Below the pieces are notes generated by a model, which ran no database searches, was not told the DNA's origin, and saw only the letters and a list, made by a program, of their open reading frames with translations. Source: Planctopirus limnophila DSM 3776 (lineage in GTDB: Bacteria > Planctomycetota > Planctomycetia > Planctomycetales > Planctomycetaceae). Taken from it: a DNA stretch of 32,000 bases. The stretch lies in assembly GCF_000092105.1 (NCBI RefSeq), contig NC_014148.1, forward strand, positions 3,750,001 to 3,782,000. The letters are read 5' to 3'. This document shows, one piece after another, positions 1-8,476 of the stretch (the stretch's first letter is position 1; the number at the start of each line of letters is the position of its first letter). The translations under genes and the position numbers were made by a program.

Positions 1-999
1 TCGGTCGCCAACGGCATCGGGAACCTCCGCAAAGAAGTCGCCGCCCGTTACCACCGCATCTACGGTGCCCGACTCAACCCGGACGACGAAGTCATTGCCT
101 GCCTGGGTTCAAAGGAAGGCTTCAGCCACATGTGCCTCGCACTCATGGGGCCCGGCGATACGGCTATCGTCCCCGCACCAACCTTTCCCATCCATGCTTA
201 TTCGGTGATGCTCGCCGGCGGCAACGTTATCCAGCTCGATGTCCGCGAGCCGCACAAGTTCCTCGAAAACGTCGCCTACACCTGCGAACACCTCTTCCCG
301 AAGCCGAAGCTGGTCATCGTCAACTTCCCGCACAATCCTTCGGGCACCTGCATCGAGCAGAGCTTCTTTGATGAACTGGTCGCGCTCGCCAAGAAGTACA
401 AGTTCCTCGTCATCAGCGATTTCGCATACGCCGACATCTGCTACGACGGCTACAAGGCCCCCAGCTTCCTCTCGACACCTGGCGCGATCGACGTAGGTGT
501 CGAACTGACGACCATGTCCAAGGGCTTCAGCATGGCGGGCTGGCGCATCGGTTTCTGCTGTGGCAACCGTGAAATGGTTCGCGCTCTCGCCACGATCAAG
601 GGCTATTACGACTACGGCATCTTCCAGTCGATCCAGATCGCGGCCATCGTCGCCATGCGTCACTGTGAATCGGCGGTGGAAAGCATTGCCAAAGAATACG
701 AGCACCGCCGCGATGCCCTTGTCGACGGCCTGACTCGCCTCGGCTGGGAAATCGAACGACCGAAAGCCGGCATGTTTGTCTGGGCCAAGATCCCCGAGCC
801 ATGGGCCCAGATGGGTTCCATCGACTTCTCGATGAAGCTGCTGGATGAAGCCGGCGTCGCCGTCTCCCCGGGCCGCGGCTTCGGCGAAGAAGGCGAAGGC
901 TATCTGCGTCTGGCCCTCGTCGAGAACTCCCAGCGCCTAAGGCAAGCCGTCCGCGCCATCGGCAAATGCCTCAAACCCGAAACCGCCGCCACGGTGTAA
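1..999 (+). CDS. Class I/II PLP-dependent aminotransferase (AlaC/AlaT-like), 5' end outside the window
   Basis: Frame 1 is open from nt 1 ([18 protein letters not shown]...[10 protein letters not shown]) and runs into listed ORF 130..999. It carries FPHNPSG and the PLP-lysine motif [14 protein letters not shown]. Stop TAA at 997-999. Confidence 0.9.
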   Translation, partial: SVANGIGNLRKEVAARYHRIYGARLNPDDEVIACLGSKEGFSHMCLALMGPGDTAIVPAPTFPIHAYSVMLAGGNVIQLDVREPHKFLENVAYTCEHLFPKPKLVIVNFPHNPSGTCIEQSFFDELVALAKKYKFLVISDFAYADICYDGYKAPSFLSTPGAIDVGVELTTMSKGFSMAGWRIGFCCGNREMVRALATIKGYYDYGIFQSIQIAAIVAMRHCESAVESIAKEYEHRRDALVDGLTRLGWEIERPKAGMFVWAKIPEPWAQMGSIDFSMKLLDEAGVAVSPGRGFGEEGEGYLRLALVENSQRLRQAVRAIGKCLKPETAATV

Positions 1000-1061
1000 C
1001 ACGCTTTCGATGAAAAGTAGCACTCTGTGTGCCATGCTTGCAGCTCTGAGCAAGCATGTTT
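954..1061. repeat. Direct repeat copy A (108 nt): last 46 nt of the aminotransferase ORF plus a downstream hairpin
   Basis: Matches 1903-2010 with 2 mismatches at an offset of 949 nt. Contains the hairpin CATGCTTGC(1033-1041)/GCAAGCATG(1050-1058). Confidence 0.95.
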
Positions 1062-1133
1062 TCGCAAGCTCTCAATGAGCTGTTATTCGTTGGAAAGCGT
1101 ATGAGGTTTGATTTGGCGAAGTCGATCAATCGA

Positions 1134-1167
1134 AGCCCGGTTTCCAGTTAGGAGACTGGGCTTTTTC
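1134..1167 (+). terminator. Rho-independent terminator candidate
   Basis: AGCCCGGT (1134-1141) pairs with ACTGGGCT (1155-1162) including one G-U pair. Three more inner pairs are possible. A TTTTT run follows at 1162-1166. Confidence 0.6.
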
Positions 1168-1296
1168 GTAGTGATTTGGCTTACGGTATCGGCGCGGTTC
1201 CCCTCGTTAGAATGTGCAAGGAGCTATTGTAAGATGGAATGTCTCGGCACGTCTTTGTGTCGCGCCAGTTGCCGCTCTTAAAAGGGAAACCTTCTC

Positions 1297-1872
1297 ATGA
1301 AAGCACCCTATCTGCTTGCCATTGGCCTGTTGGTTTTCAGTGGCTCGTTGCTGGCTCAAAACGAGTCTGTTGAAACACCCATCACTTTGGAAGAACTTCA
1401 TCGACGCAACGTAATGGGCAGGTTGGGATTGCCGTTAGGGACTGTGGCCACCATTGATGCCGTGATAACTTCAGGGAATGAAACGCGGGCGAAGGCTTAT
1501 CAGGGCCTCTACCTTCTTACTGTCACGCATGTGAATGGCCAGCCTTTGGAGAAGCCGCCGCTCATGAGGTTTGTGGTCGACAGTTTGTCCTCCACCGTGA
1601 ACCTCCCCCACGACAAGCCGCCGTTACTTTTTGGGGCCAATCAGGACGGGGAAAATCCAGCCGCCAATCGGAAAGAGATCGAAAAGGAATATGTGGGGAA
1701 GACACACCGCTTGGTGGTTTACGAAGAGGGTGGCTACGCAGGGATCCCGGACAATCTTCCCAAGGGTGTCCCCCTCGCGGGCGCTGCCGGTTTCGGATTT
1801 CGCTTCTCGACATCTCTGACGGTTCTCGCTGAATCGGCTACAGACATTCAAAATCACGTCAAGAAAAGATGA
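1297..1872 (+). CDS. Hypothetical secreted protein (191 aa), no recognisable domain
   Basis: ATG start. Signal-peptide-like N-terminus MKAPYLLAIGLLVFSGSLLAQNE. It is the only long ORF between the two 108-nt direct repeats. Confidence 0.65.
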   Translation: MKAPYLLAIGLLVFSGSLLAQNESVETPITLEELHRRNVMGRLGLPLGTVATIDAVITSGNETRAKAYQGLYLLTVTHVNGQPLEKPPLMRFVVDSLSSTVNLPHDKPPLLFGANQDGENPAANRKEIEKEYVGKTHRLVVYEEGGYAGIPDNLPKGVPLAGAAGFGFRFSTSLTVLAESATDIQNHVKKR

Positions 1873-1902
1873 TTTAGCTTAGACTCGCATGTCTCAAAGA
1901 AT

Positions 1903-2010
1903 CGCCATCGGCAAATGCCTCAAACCCGAAACCGCCGCGACGGTGTAACACGCTTTCGATGAAAAGTAGCACTCTGTGTGCCATGCTTGCAGCTCTGGGC
2001 AAGCATGTTT
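1903..2010. repeat. Direct repeat copy B (relic 3' end of the aminotransferase gene plus hairpin)
   Basis: 108 nt with 2 mismatches to 954-1061. One is a synonymous GCC/GCG change in the relic frame and the other is in the hairpin loop. Stem at 1982-1990 / 1999-2007. Confidence 0.95.
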
Positions 2011-2075
2011 ACGACCCACAGCACGCTGTTGTTTCCCGGGAACCATGTAAGTTTTCTCGTGCTAGACAACACAAC

Positions 2076-2116
2076 AAAAAAGCCCGGTCTTCTTGCGAGG
2101 AGCCGGGCCTTTTCTT
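2076..2116. terminator. Bidirectional rho-independent terminator candidate
   Basis: AAAAA-GCCCGGT...loop...GCCGGGC-CTTTTCTT, a GC-rich stem flanked by an A-run and a T-run. It lies between the convergent 1297..1872 (+) and 2233..2715 (-) genes. Confidence 0.7.
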
Positions 2117-2198
2117 GAATTGATGAGGTTGATCTGGTGCATCGAGCAGCGATCGCACTTCGACACTCTCGCTGACACACCGTCGCAATTCCAGATCG

Positions 2199-2248
2199 CT
2201 TACTGGGCCGAACGCTTACAGGGCCGAATCACTTACAGGGCCAGATTC
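2199..2248 (-). repeat. Three tandem 16-17-nt units spanning the gspG-like stop codon
   Basis: Units are CTTACTGGGCCGAACG, CTTACAGGGCCGAATCA and CTTACAGGGCCAGATTC. The third holds the real stop (TAA, complement of 2233-2235). Confidence 0.8.
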
Positions 2249-2715
2249 GCCCAGTTGTTGATGTCGTCACCGCTGCCGTCTTCGTTCTGCTTGTTGGCTC
2301 CTGTTGACCAGATCGCGGGCTTAGTCGCGTTGGGAACCTTCGAATTGGGGTTCTCGTAATAGAAGCCCTGACCCCAGGCATCCAGCGGCACCTTATCCAG
2401 ATACGGTGCAATCGGTCGGCCGTCGGCATCGTTGCCCGGCTTGATCAACAGCGAAAAAGCCTCATCACGCGATCCCTGAGGATACTCACCATCGTGACTG
2501 AGAGCATACTGCTGCAGGGCATCTTCCAACCCCTTGATACTCGCCTTGGTGGCCTTGACCATGGCTTCCTTCTGACGCCCAAGCAACTGGGGAACAACCA
2601 TCGCGGCAATCACACCCAGAATGGCCAGCACCAGCAGAACTTCAATCAGCGTAAAGCCTTTTCGCACCAGGCGACTGGCTGATCGTCTCGCAGTGGACAG
2701 CGGATGGGAAATCAT
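2233..2715 (-). CDS. gspG: Type II secretion major pseudopilin GspG-like protein
   Basis: ATG start. Prepilin cleavage/methylation motif KGFTLIEVLLVLAILGV, a GspG-like body (PLDAWGQGFYY) and a C-terminal DDINNW tail resembling EpsG/GspG. Confidence 0.8.
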   Translation of the reverse strand: MISHPLSTARRSASRLVRKGFTLIEVLLVLAILGVIAAMVVPQLLGRQKEAMVKATKASIKGLEDALQQYALSHDGEYPQGSRDEAFSLLIKPGNDADGRPIAPYLDKVPLDAWGQGFYYENPNSKVPNATKPAIWSTGANKQNEDGSGDDINNWANLAL

Positions 2716-2944
2716 AGGGCAGGCCTTTCAATGTCGAACAGTCGCAGCAGAAATATGGCGTGGGCAGAAACAATCAGCTGGCCATGGCGGGTCATCAATA
2801 CAAAGTCAGAACCTCATCTATATTGTCGTAAACACCCGGCAGATGCAAAAGATTCGGTGCTCCTCACTCCTCGTGGGAAGTTTTTTCTGCTCGCCAGCAA
2901 TCTCCTCCCCGCACCCGAAACCCTCGTGATCTCACGACCGGATT

Positions 2945-3718
2945 TCACTGCAAAGAAACAGCCTCTCGCAGCAATTTCTCAGGCAATCCAATCGAAGCGA
3001 CAAAAGTCTCACCCAGATATTCTCGCGCCCCGGGATGTAACATTCCCATTTTCGGTGTCACAAACGTGACGGTCACATCCGCTCGTACACACAGCTCCAC
3101 AAGTTCATGCGGCTGTTCAGTCAACGGATTTCCCAAACCTGGGCCTGCATCTGCCGAAAAACCTGTGGGAAGATCCACCGCCAGCCTTCGCGAAAGGCTG
3201 GCATTCATCCCCTGCACCAGTTCCGCCAGCACACCACTCAACGGGCGACTTTGTCCCGTCCCCAGAATGGCATCGACAATCCAGTCCTCGGCCCGGGCGC
3301 TCGCAGCAGCTTCACCAAACTCACGCATCTCTCGCCACGGAATTCCCAGCTTCCTCGCGAGAGCCGCATTCACGCGGGCATCCGGTGCAAGTTCAGCCTC
3401 CGGATGCGTCGCAAAAATCTCCACAGCATAGCCCATGGTCCATAAGAGTCTCGCGATCGCGAATCCATCTCCACCATTATTTCCGCGCCCGCAGACCACA
3501 CGCACGACGAACGATGTCTCTTCGCTTGATGAAGCCTGGACGTGCTGGCTGAACCAATCACAGACGGATCGAGCCGCATTTTCCATCAACACCAGGCTGC
3601 TGATGCCCAATTCTTCAATGGCAAAACGATCCACCTCCCGGCTCTGCCGGGCAGTCAGGCAATCAGCCGCCCGCAAGGTTCTCCAGTCCAAAAGGCGAAC
3701 AAATGGGCAGATTTCCAT
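2945..3718 (-). CDS. nnrE: NAD(P)H-hydrate epimerase (YjeF N-terminal domain family)
   Basis: Hallmark [18 protein letters not shown] plus DAILGTG. The track start at 3775 is TTG, so I chose the first ATG at 3718 (MEICPF...). The start is uncertain. Confidence 0.8.
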
Positions 3719-3930
3719 AGACGTTTCCCTGCACTGCAACTTCTGCCGAAGAATTCGCTCAAGTGTAAACTGCAACGATTGTGAAGCGCAGCGTGAAACG
3801 GTTGCGAGGTTGTTTTCACGGAATACGAAGTGTTATCAATCTCTCCCTCACGGTCTGCCGAATAACGGTGTGCGGAGCGATTAATCCGGCTGTGCCGGAG
3901 TTCACAATTTGATCGGATGGAACAAAGATC

Positions 3931-4875
3931 ATGGATGATCAACTGACCCCCGAACCTTCACGTCGTCGTCTTGGCCGTGGACTCAATGCACTGCTCGGGA
4001 GTGGGCATCATCACGAGAATGAGCCTGTCTCGAACGTAGGTGATCACTCAGAAGTTCATATCGATCTTCTCGAGCGTAACCCCTTCCAGGCACGGAAAGA
4101 CTTCGATTCACAGGCCATTAACGAACTGGCCGACAGTATTCGTCAGCACGGCGTTCTCCAGCCAATCATTGTTCGCCAGATTGGCGACATGTATCAGGTG
4201 ATTGCCGGTGAACGTCGCCTGATTGCGGCTCGCAAAGCCGGTTGCGAAACGGTTCCCTGCCGGGTGCTGGAACTTTCCGATCAGCAGGTCTTCGAAGTTT
4301 CACTCGAAGAAAACCTCAAGCGGCAAGATCTCAATGTGCTCGAAAAGGCACAATCGTTCCAGGAATATCTCAATCAGTTCCAGTGCTCGATTGAAGAGCT
4401 GTCGCGACGATTGAGCATGGATCGCTCGACAGTCAGCAACTTTATCCGCTTGCTCGAACTGGCAGGCCCGGTGCAGGAAATGGTCCGGCAAAGCCAGCTC
4501 ACTGGTGGCCATGCACGCGCCATGCTCAGCCTCTCTCATGATCAGCAGGTCACACTGGCTCAGCGCATCGCGAGTGAGGGACTTTCTGTCCGCAAGACCG
4601 AAGATGCCGTGCGCAGCCTGCAGGCCGAAGGGACCGTCGAAGAGGGCGCCACAGTCCCCTTCCAGCAGTCTGGCAACGAGGCCGGTTCGGGAAGTCAGCA
4701 AGGTCTTTCCAATCATGTGCTGATGCTGCAGGAACAGCTTCAGGGCATGCTGGGTGCCAAGGTCGCCATTAAGCTCAAAGGCAAAGCTAAAGATAAAGGG
4801 AGCATTGTCATCGAGTTCACCTCGAACGACGACTTCGAGCGCATTCTGGGCTCACTCCAGAGGATTGCCGCTTAA
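3931..4875 (+). CDS. parB: Chromosome partitioning protein ParB/Spo0J
   Basis: GRGLNALLG, IDLLERNPFQARKDFD, GVLQPIIVR and IAGERRLIAARKAG boxes. ATG start. Confidence 0.9.
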   Translation: MDDQLTPEPSRRRLGRGLNALLGSGHHHENEPVSNVGDHSEVHIDLLERNPFQARKDFDSQAINELADSIRQHGVLQPIIVRQIGDMYQVIAGERRLIAARKAGCETVPCRVLELSDQQVFEVSLEENLKRQDLNVLEKAQSFQEYLNQFQCSIEELSRRLSMDRSTVSNFIRLLELAGPVQEMVRQSQLTGGHARAMLSLSHDQQVTLAQRIASEGLSVRKTEDAVRSLQAEGTVEEGATVPFQQSGNEAGSGSQQGLSNHVLMLQEQLQGMLGAKVAIKLKGKAKDKGSIVIEFTSNDDFERILGSLQRIAA

Positions 4876-4897
4876 CGCCAAAGTTCTCGAATCAGCG

Positions 4898-4943
4898 AAG
4901 ATGTCGTCAGTCGTCTTTATTGGCCACTGGCGACATCTTTTTT
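4898..4943 (+). terminator. Rho-independent terminator of parB
   Basis: 14-bp stem AAGATGTCGTCAGT (4898-4911) / ACTGGCGACATCTT (4926-4939) with one G-U pair. 14-nt loop, then a T6 run ending at 4943. Confidence 0.75.
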
Positions 4944-4951
4944 AGCACTGC

Positions 4952-6109
4952 TTAATCGCCAGTCAAACTTGGCAGCAGCAAAAAACATCCCAGGTGTGCT
5001 GTCCGCAATCGCTGAAGAAGCTCTTGAGCAGAGACTTGATAAAGAGCAGGTTCGAGCAGCGCAGCCTGCCTGGCATGCTCGGCGGCTTTCATCGATTGCT
5101 GAGACTCCTCCAGAAACTGGGCAAACACGTAGTGAATTCTCGCTTTGTCAGATCCTGGCGCGATCTCTAGCGCCTTCAGATAATAATTTTCGGCACAGTC
5201 AAAAGCGCCTCGCTTGCGGGCGGCATACGCTGCTCCTGACCATAACCGCGAGAGATTTGCGAAGATCTGATTGCCTGCCGCACTTCGATTCTCTCGCGGC
5301 CGAACACGTTCTACAGCATGTAGAAAACTTCTCTCACTCAGCGACCAGTGCTCCCTGAATTGATACATCAAACCTGTCAGTTCATAGCCTTCGAAAGATT
5401 CCGGATGATCACGAAGGATCTTCGCCAGTAATTCTTCAGCCAGCTCAAACTCATCCAATCCGAGCAGTAACCTGACTTTATGAAGCTGATCTTCAACCTG
5501 CGTGATCTCAATACTGTTGACTGACTGGACCACCTGGCGAATCTGTGCTTCCAGTTGCAGCCTCGACATTTCTGGCAGCAGTGTAGACGCTGTCCTCGGG
5601 CCGGAAAGCTGATCGATACGATCGAGCAGATCATAAGCCGCGACAAAACGGCCCTCATGCATGCGGGTGACTGCCAGATCGGCCCAGGTGCGCACCCGCT
5701 GTGTCGTCATTTGCCATGGTAGCACCACAGCGAGCACCAGCGCCATGAGAATGCTCAATCGCTCCGAATAAGTCACTTGACTGCTCGACGCATTTTTCTT
5801 TGATACCGACAGCTTTAATTCGCTGCGACTAAGTCGCACAAACCTCGAGTTCAACCAAAGAATTGCGACAGCCAGTAAACACCCCGCCGCAGGCCCGAGC
5901 ATGATCAAGAACCAGCTTTGCGGCAGGCCCAGCCATTTGATCAGTACCAGGCAAAACAGGCCACAGCAACCAACGTACCACAAACTTATTGAGCGATACT
6001 GACTCTCTGGCTTATTGAGGACTGCCACGACCAGTGCATAAGCCAAAGGAAGCCCCGCGAGGAGACTCCATAAATATAAACTCAGATCATCACCCCAGGC
6101 TGCTATCAC
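4952..6109 (-). CDS. Membrane-anchored protein with a TPR-like helical C-terminal domain (hypothetical)
   Basis: GTG start. Four or five hydrophobic segments in the first ~130 aa, then a helical repeat-like region (YYLKALEIAP...). Lies 23 nt downstream of the preceding gene on the same strand. Confidence 0.65.
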   Translation of the reverse strand: MIAAWGDDLSLYLWSLLAGLPLAYALVVAVLNKPESQYRSISLWYVGCCGLFCLVLIKWLGLPQSWFLIMLGPAAGCLLAVAILWLNSRFVRLSRSELKLSVSKKNASSSQVTYSERLSILMALVLAVVLPWQMTTQRVRTWADLAVTRMHEGRFVAAYDLLDRIDQLSGPRTASTLLPEMSRLQLEAQIRQVVQSVNSIEITQVEDQLHKVRLLLGLDEFELAEELLAKILRDHPESFEGYELTGLMYQFREHWSLSERSFLHAVERVRPRENRSAAGNQIFANLSRLWSGAAYAARKRGAFDCAENYYLKALEIAPGSDKARIHYVFAQFLEESQQSMKAAEHARQAALLEPALYQVSAQELLQRLRTAHLGCFLLLPSLTGD

Positions 6110-6132
6110 AATGTATCACTTACGATAGATGA

Positions 6133-7158
6133 TTACACCGCCACATGCCCGACAGCCACCTCGCCACGCGACTTGGAAGCACCACGCTTCCAGATCATGC
6201 CGTCATAGGCATAGTGTAGAAAAGCAGCGACCAGATTCAGTGCCAGCCAGATTTCCGCGACTCGCTGACTTAAGAACCAACCACCCAGGCCCACCACCAG
6301 AAGATAAGTCAGAATGGTGGCCGCCCACACCGGAGCCAACTGACCAAGCAATCCTCTCGATGAACCTGCTGCTGACGGCTTGACACCATCATCTCGAATC
6401 GTTGATCTCGCCACCTGATTCCTCACAGACCAGCTACAAACAGCCATATACTCTGAGGCATGCACCCAGGCTGAAGCAATGGCCAGTGGTAAAATCCAGT
6501 CACGAAACCCACAGATTTCAGCAAGCAGCCATGCCAGGTACAACATCGAGATGCTGACTAAATAGATACTCCCAGACATCGATACGCGGTATCGTAGTAT
6601 CGCGACGACCACGATCATCGAGAGGCTGGCGACAGCAACAACATCGGCTAGAGACATTCCTGGAGAAGACGGGAGTACCACCCAGCCCGAAGCCCTCAAG
6701 GCCACATAAACAATACTGCCGCGAATGCCGATTCGCAGCATGCGCTCGGTCCAGCGCCCGGAGGGATAGGCAGCTGAACTATAGATTCGATAAACCCCAT
6801 GATGCTGAGCTGCAAAATGCCAGATATTCCAGAGAAAATCAGCAGCCACCAGACAGGTCAACGCCCCTGTCCCGGCCTGCACAAGTCCGCAAACGAGCAC
6901 AACGGCCAGCAGCACACCCAGGTAGGAAACCCAGTGAGATTCACGACGTTTGGCATCACCCCATACCAAGAATAACGTCAACCAGCGGTGCGGCGTCGTG
7001 AGAAAGTAGACCTGAAGAAACTGCCAGTCGGCCTGGGCAGGCCCCGAGCCCAGCCAGGCTACCAGCACCAGCAGTGGCCATCCGATATTCGCAATCAGCA
7101 GCAAGTCCAGCGAAGGTGATAGCAACCATTTGCTTGATTTTAGCGAATCTGACGCCAT
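6133..7158 (-). CDS. Polytopic membrane protein with His-containing motifs (uncharacterised)
   Basis: Hydrophobic throughout, with at least 8 TM-like segments by eye. Motifs TTPHRW, WNIWHFAAQHHGVYRIY, WVHASEY and FLHYAYDGMIWKR. The track start at 7170 is TTG, so I chose ATG at 7158. Confidence 0.7.
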   Translation of the reverse strand: MASDSLKSSKWLLSPSLDLLLIANIGWPLLVLVAWLGSGPAQADWQFLQVYFLTTPHRWLTLFLVWGDAKRRESHWVSYLGVLLAVVLVCGLVQAGTGALTCLVAADFLWNIWHFAAQHHGVYRIYSSAAYPSGRWTERMLRIGIRGSIVYVALRASGWVVLPSSPGMSLADVVAVASLSMIVVVAILRYRVSMSGSIYLVSISMLYLAWLLAEICGFRDWILPLAIASAWVHASEYMAVCSWSVRNQVARSTIRDDGVKPSAAGSSRGLLGQLAPVWAATILTYLLVVGLGGWFLSQRVAEIWLALNLVAAFLHYAYDGMIWKRGASKSRGEVAVGHVAV

Positions 7159-7202
7159 GAAGAATCTCAATCATTGATCGAATGATACATAAGCGACCAG
7201 TT

Positions 7203-7328
7203 TCATGGATTGGTGTATTCCGGGGTCGGTGTCTGATCACCAATATTGGTCGCACCATCAGGAGCTTTAGCGCTACAACCTGCACAGAGCACAAGAATTA
7301 ATAGTAATGCACTACCGATTTGACGCAT
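7203..7328 (-). CDS. Mini-lipoprotein (41 aa)
   Basis: Internal ATG at 7328 gives MRQIGSALLLILVLCAGCSAK..., a signal peptide plus lipobox L-C-A-G-C. The longer track ORF adds an implausible N-terminus. Confidence 0.5.
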   Translation of the reverse strand: MRQIGSALLLILVLCAGCSAKAPDGATNIGDQTPTPEYTNP

Positions 7329-7474
7329 GATTCGCTTCACTTTCTGCCATAAAAGATGAAATCTTACTGCCGGTCCACACGAAAACCTGGTAGCGAACAG
7401 AACCGAAATGTGTGCAGCGAAGAACATTCGACTGCTCACACTTCAGACTGAATAAATCGATTGGCTATTAGCAG

Positions 7475-8476
7475 TTAAAACTCACCGATGATCTCACCTC
7501 CGGCGATCGTCCCCAGATTCGAGAATACCGTGCGATCGATGTTTTCCGAGATAAAGCGGATCGCACCATCAGCCATCCCCACATGGACTCCACCCGTGTG
7601 ATAGCTGCGCGGAGCGGCGATCGTCGGGCCCTGATCACTCGTCGTCGAAATTTGGGTGCAAGGCTCATTGGTTGTGTTTGCACAACTCGCAAGAATGTCA
7701 GCAGTACGATCATTCGGGCCACGACCTGTACTGAAGGCGGAAGCCCCCATCCCTGGAAAGACCCAGGCACCCCGGGCATCGGCAGTGTTACCAACGACGT
7801 ATATCACCTCACTGAGGGCCACGCTGTTTGACATCCCGTCGGTAAAATCTCTGGCCGAAATGCGAGAACTGATCGTGAAGGCACCCCTGTTGGCATTCAC
7901 GGTCATCGATTGCAACAAAGTCCCATTCCCGTAACTGGCGGCATAATTGCCACGAGACATATTCTCGAGGGCCCGAAACGCAACGTTCGCCCGGTTATCC
8001 CATGGATGACTGGGGCAACGATACATCGAAGGGCTGTAATGCCCGAAGACATTGTTCATGGCATCCAGCGGATCAATTTTCGTGTCGACAATTCGCTTGA
8101 CTTCACCCCAGAGTGGCCCTTGATCCACCATGGGAAGAATCTGCAGCGCCCAGTTGAGCCCCGCAGCAGCCACAAATGGTGTTGTGCATTCCTGAATCCC
8201 TGAAAGATTCACGGGAGGATTTCCGGCACATTGAGGGGCTACACCACCCGGCGGAAAGACCGAATGCTGATCGTGGTAGTTGTGCAGACCGAGCAACATC
8301 TGCTTCAGGTTATTTTTGCACTCACTGCGACGAGCCGCCTCACGCGCCTGCTGAACGGCCGGAAGCAACAGGGCAATCAAGATCGCAATAATGGCAATCA
8401 CCACCAGCAACTCGATCAGCGTAAAACCTGGCCTGCGCGGCTGGTTCGTGTTCCGGTTCTGTTTCACGATCAACAT
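7475..8476 (-). CDS. DUF1559 / H-X9-DG protein with prepilin-type N-terminal cleavage/methylation domain
   Basis: [45 protein letters not shown] is the stereotyped planctomycete N-terminus. C-terminal [12 protein letters not shown] matches H-X9-DG. ATG start. Confidence 0.9.
   Translation of the reverse strand: MLIVKQNRNTNQPRRPGFTLIELLVVIAIIAILIALLLPAVQQAREAARRSECKNNLKQMLLGLHNYHDQHSVFPPGGVAPQCAGNPPVNLSGIQECTTPFVAAAGLNWALQILPMVDQGPLWGEVKRIVDTKIDPLDAMNNVFGHYSPSMYRCPSHPWDNRANVAFRALENMSRGNYAASYGNGTLLQSMTVNANRGAFTISSRISARDFTDGMSNSVALSEVIYVVGNTADARGAWVFPGMGASAFSTGRGPNDRTADILASCANTTNEPCTQISTTSDQGPTIAAPRSYHTGGVHVGMADGAIRFISENIDRTVFSNLGTIAGGEIIGEF

Noticed and set aside
109-705. Long antisense or out-of-frame ORFs inside recognised genes, for example 109..705(-), 11286..11960(+), 17858..18541(+), 22600..23418(+), 26014..26556(-), 27214..27867(+) and 29482..29982(+).
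   Set aside because: Each lies opposite or out of frame within a gene carrying strong family motifs. Their products are Arg/Ser/Pro/Cys-rich and low in complexity, with no motifs. They are typical shadow ORFs of GC-rich coding DNA.
1889-1948. A 19-codon mini-ORF ([19 protein letters not shown]) ending in the relic copy of the aminotransferase 3' end.
   Set aside because: Its last 15 codons are simply the duplicated gene end. There is no independent evidence that it is expressed.
2945-3775. Taking track ORF starts at face value. Affected ORFs are 2945..3775, 6133..7170, 11166..12209, 12213..12719, 14889.., 15794.., 20256..21404, 21553..23484, 25993.. and 26608..28176.
   Set aside because: Reading the start codons shows they are TTG or GTG translated as M, or add non-homologous N-terminal extensions. 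The first ATG giving a family-typical N-terminus was preferred. True starts remain unverified.
3792-3820. Inverted CGTGAAA ... TTTCACG pair upstream of parB, resembling swapped parS half-sites.
   Set aside because: The half-sites are in the wrong order and 15 nt apart, so this is not a canonical parS. It may be only a weak stem-loop in the parB leader.
8460-8475. parS-like sequence TGTTTCACGATCAACA, a 13/16 match to TGTTTCACGTGAAACA.
   Set aside because: Three mismatches are clustered in one half-site and destroy the dyad. It overlaps the DUF1559 start codon and is probably a chance match.
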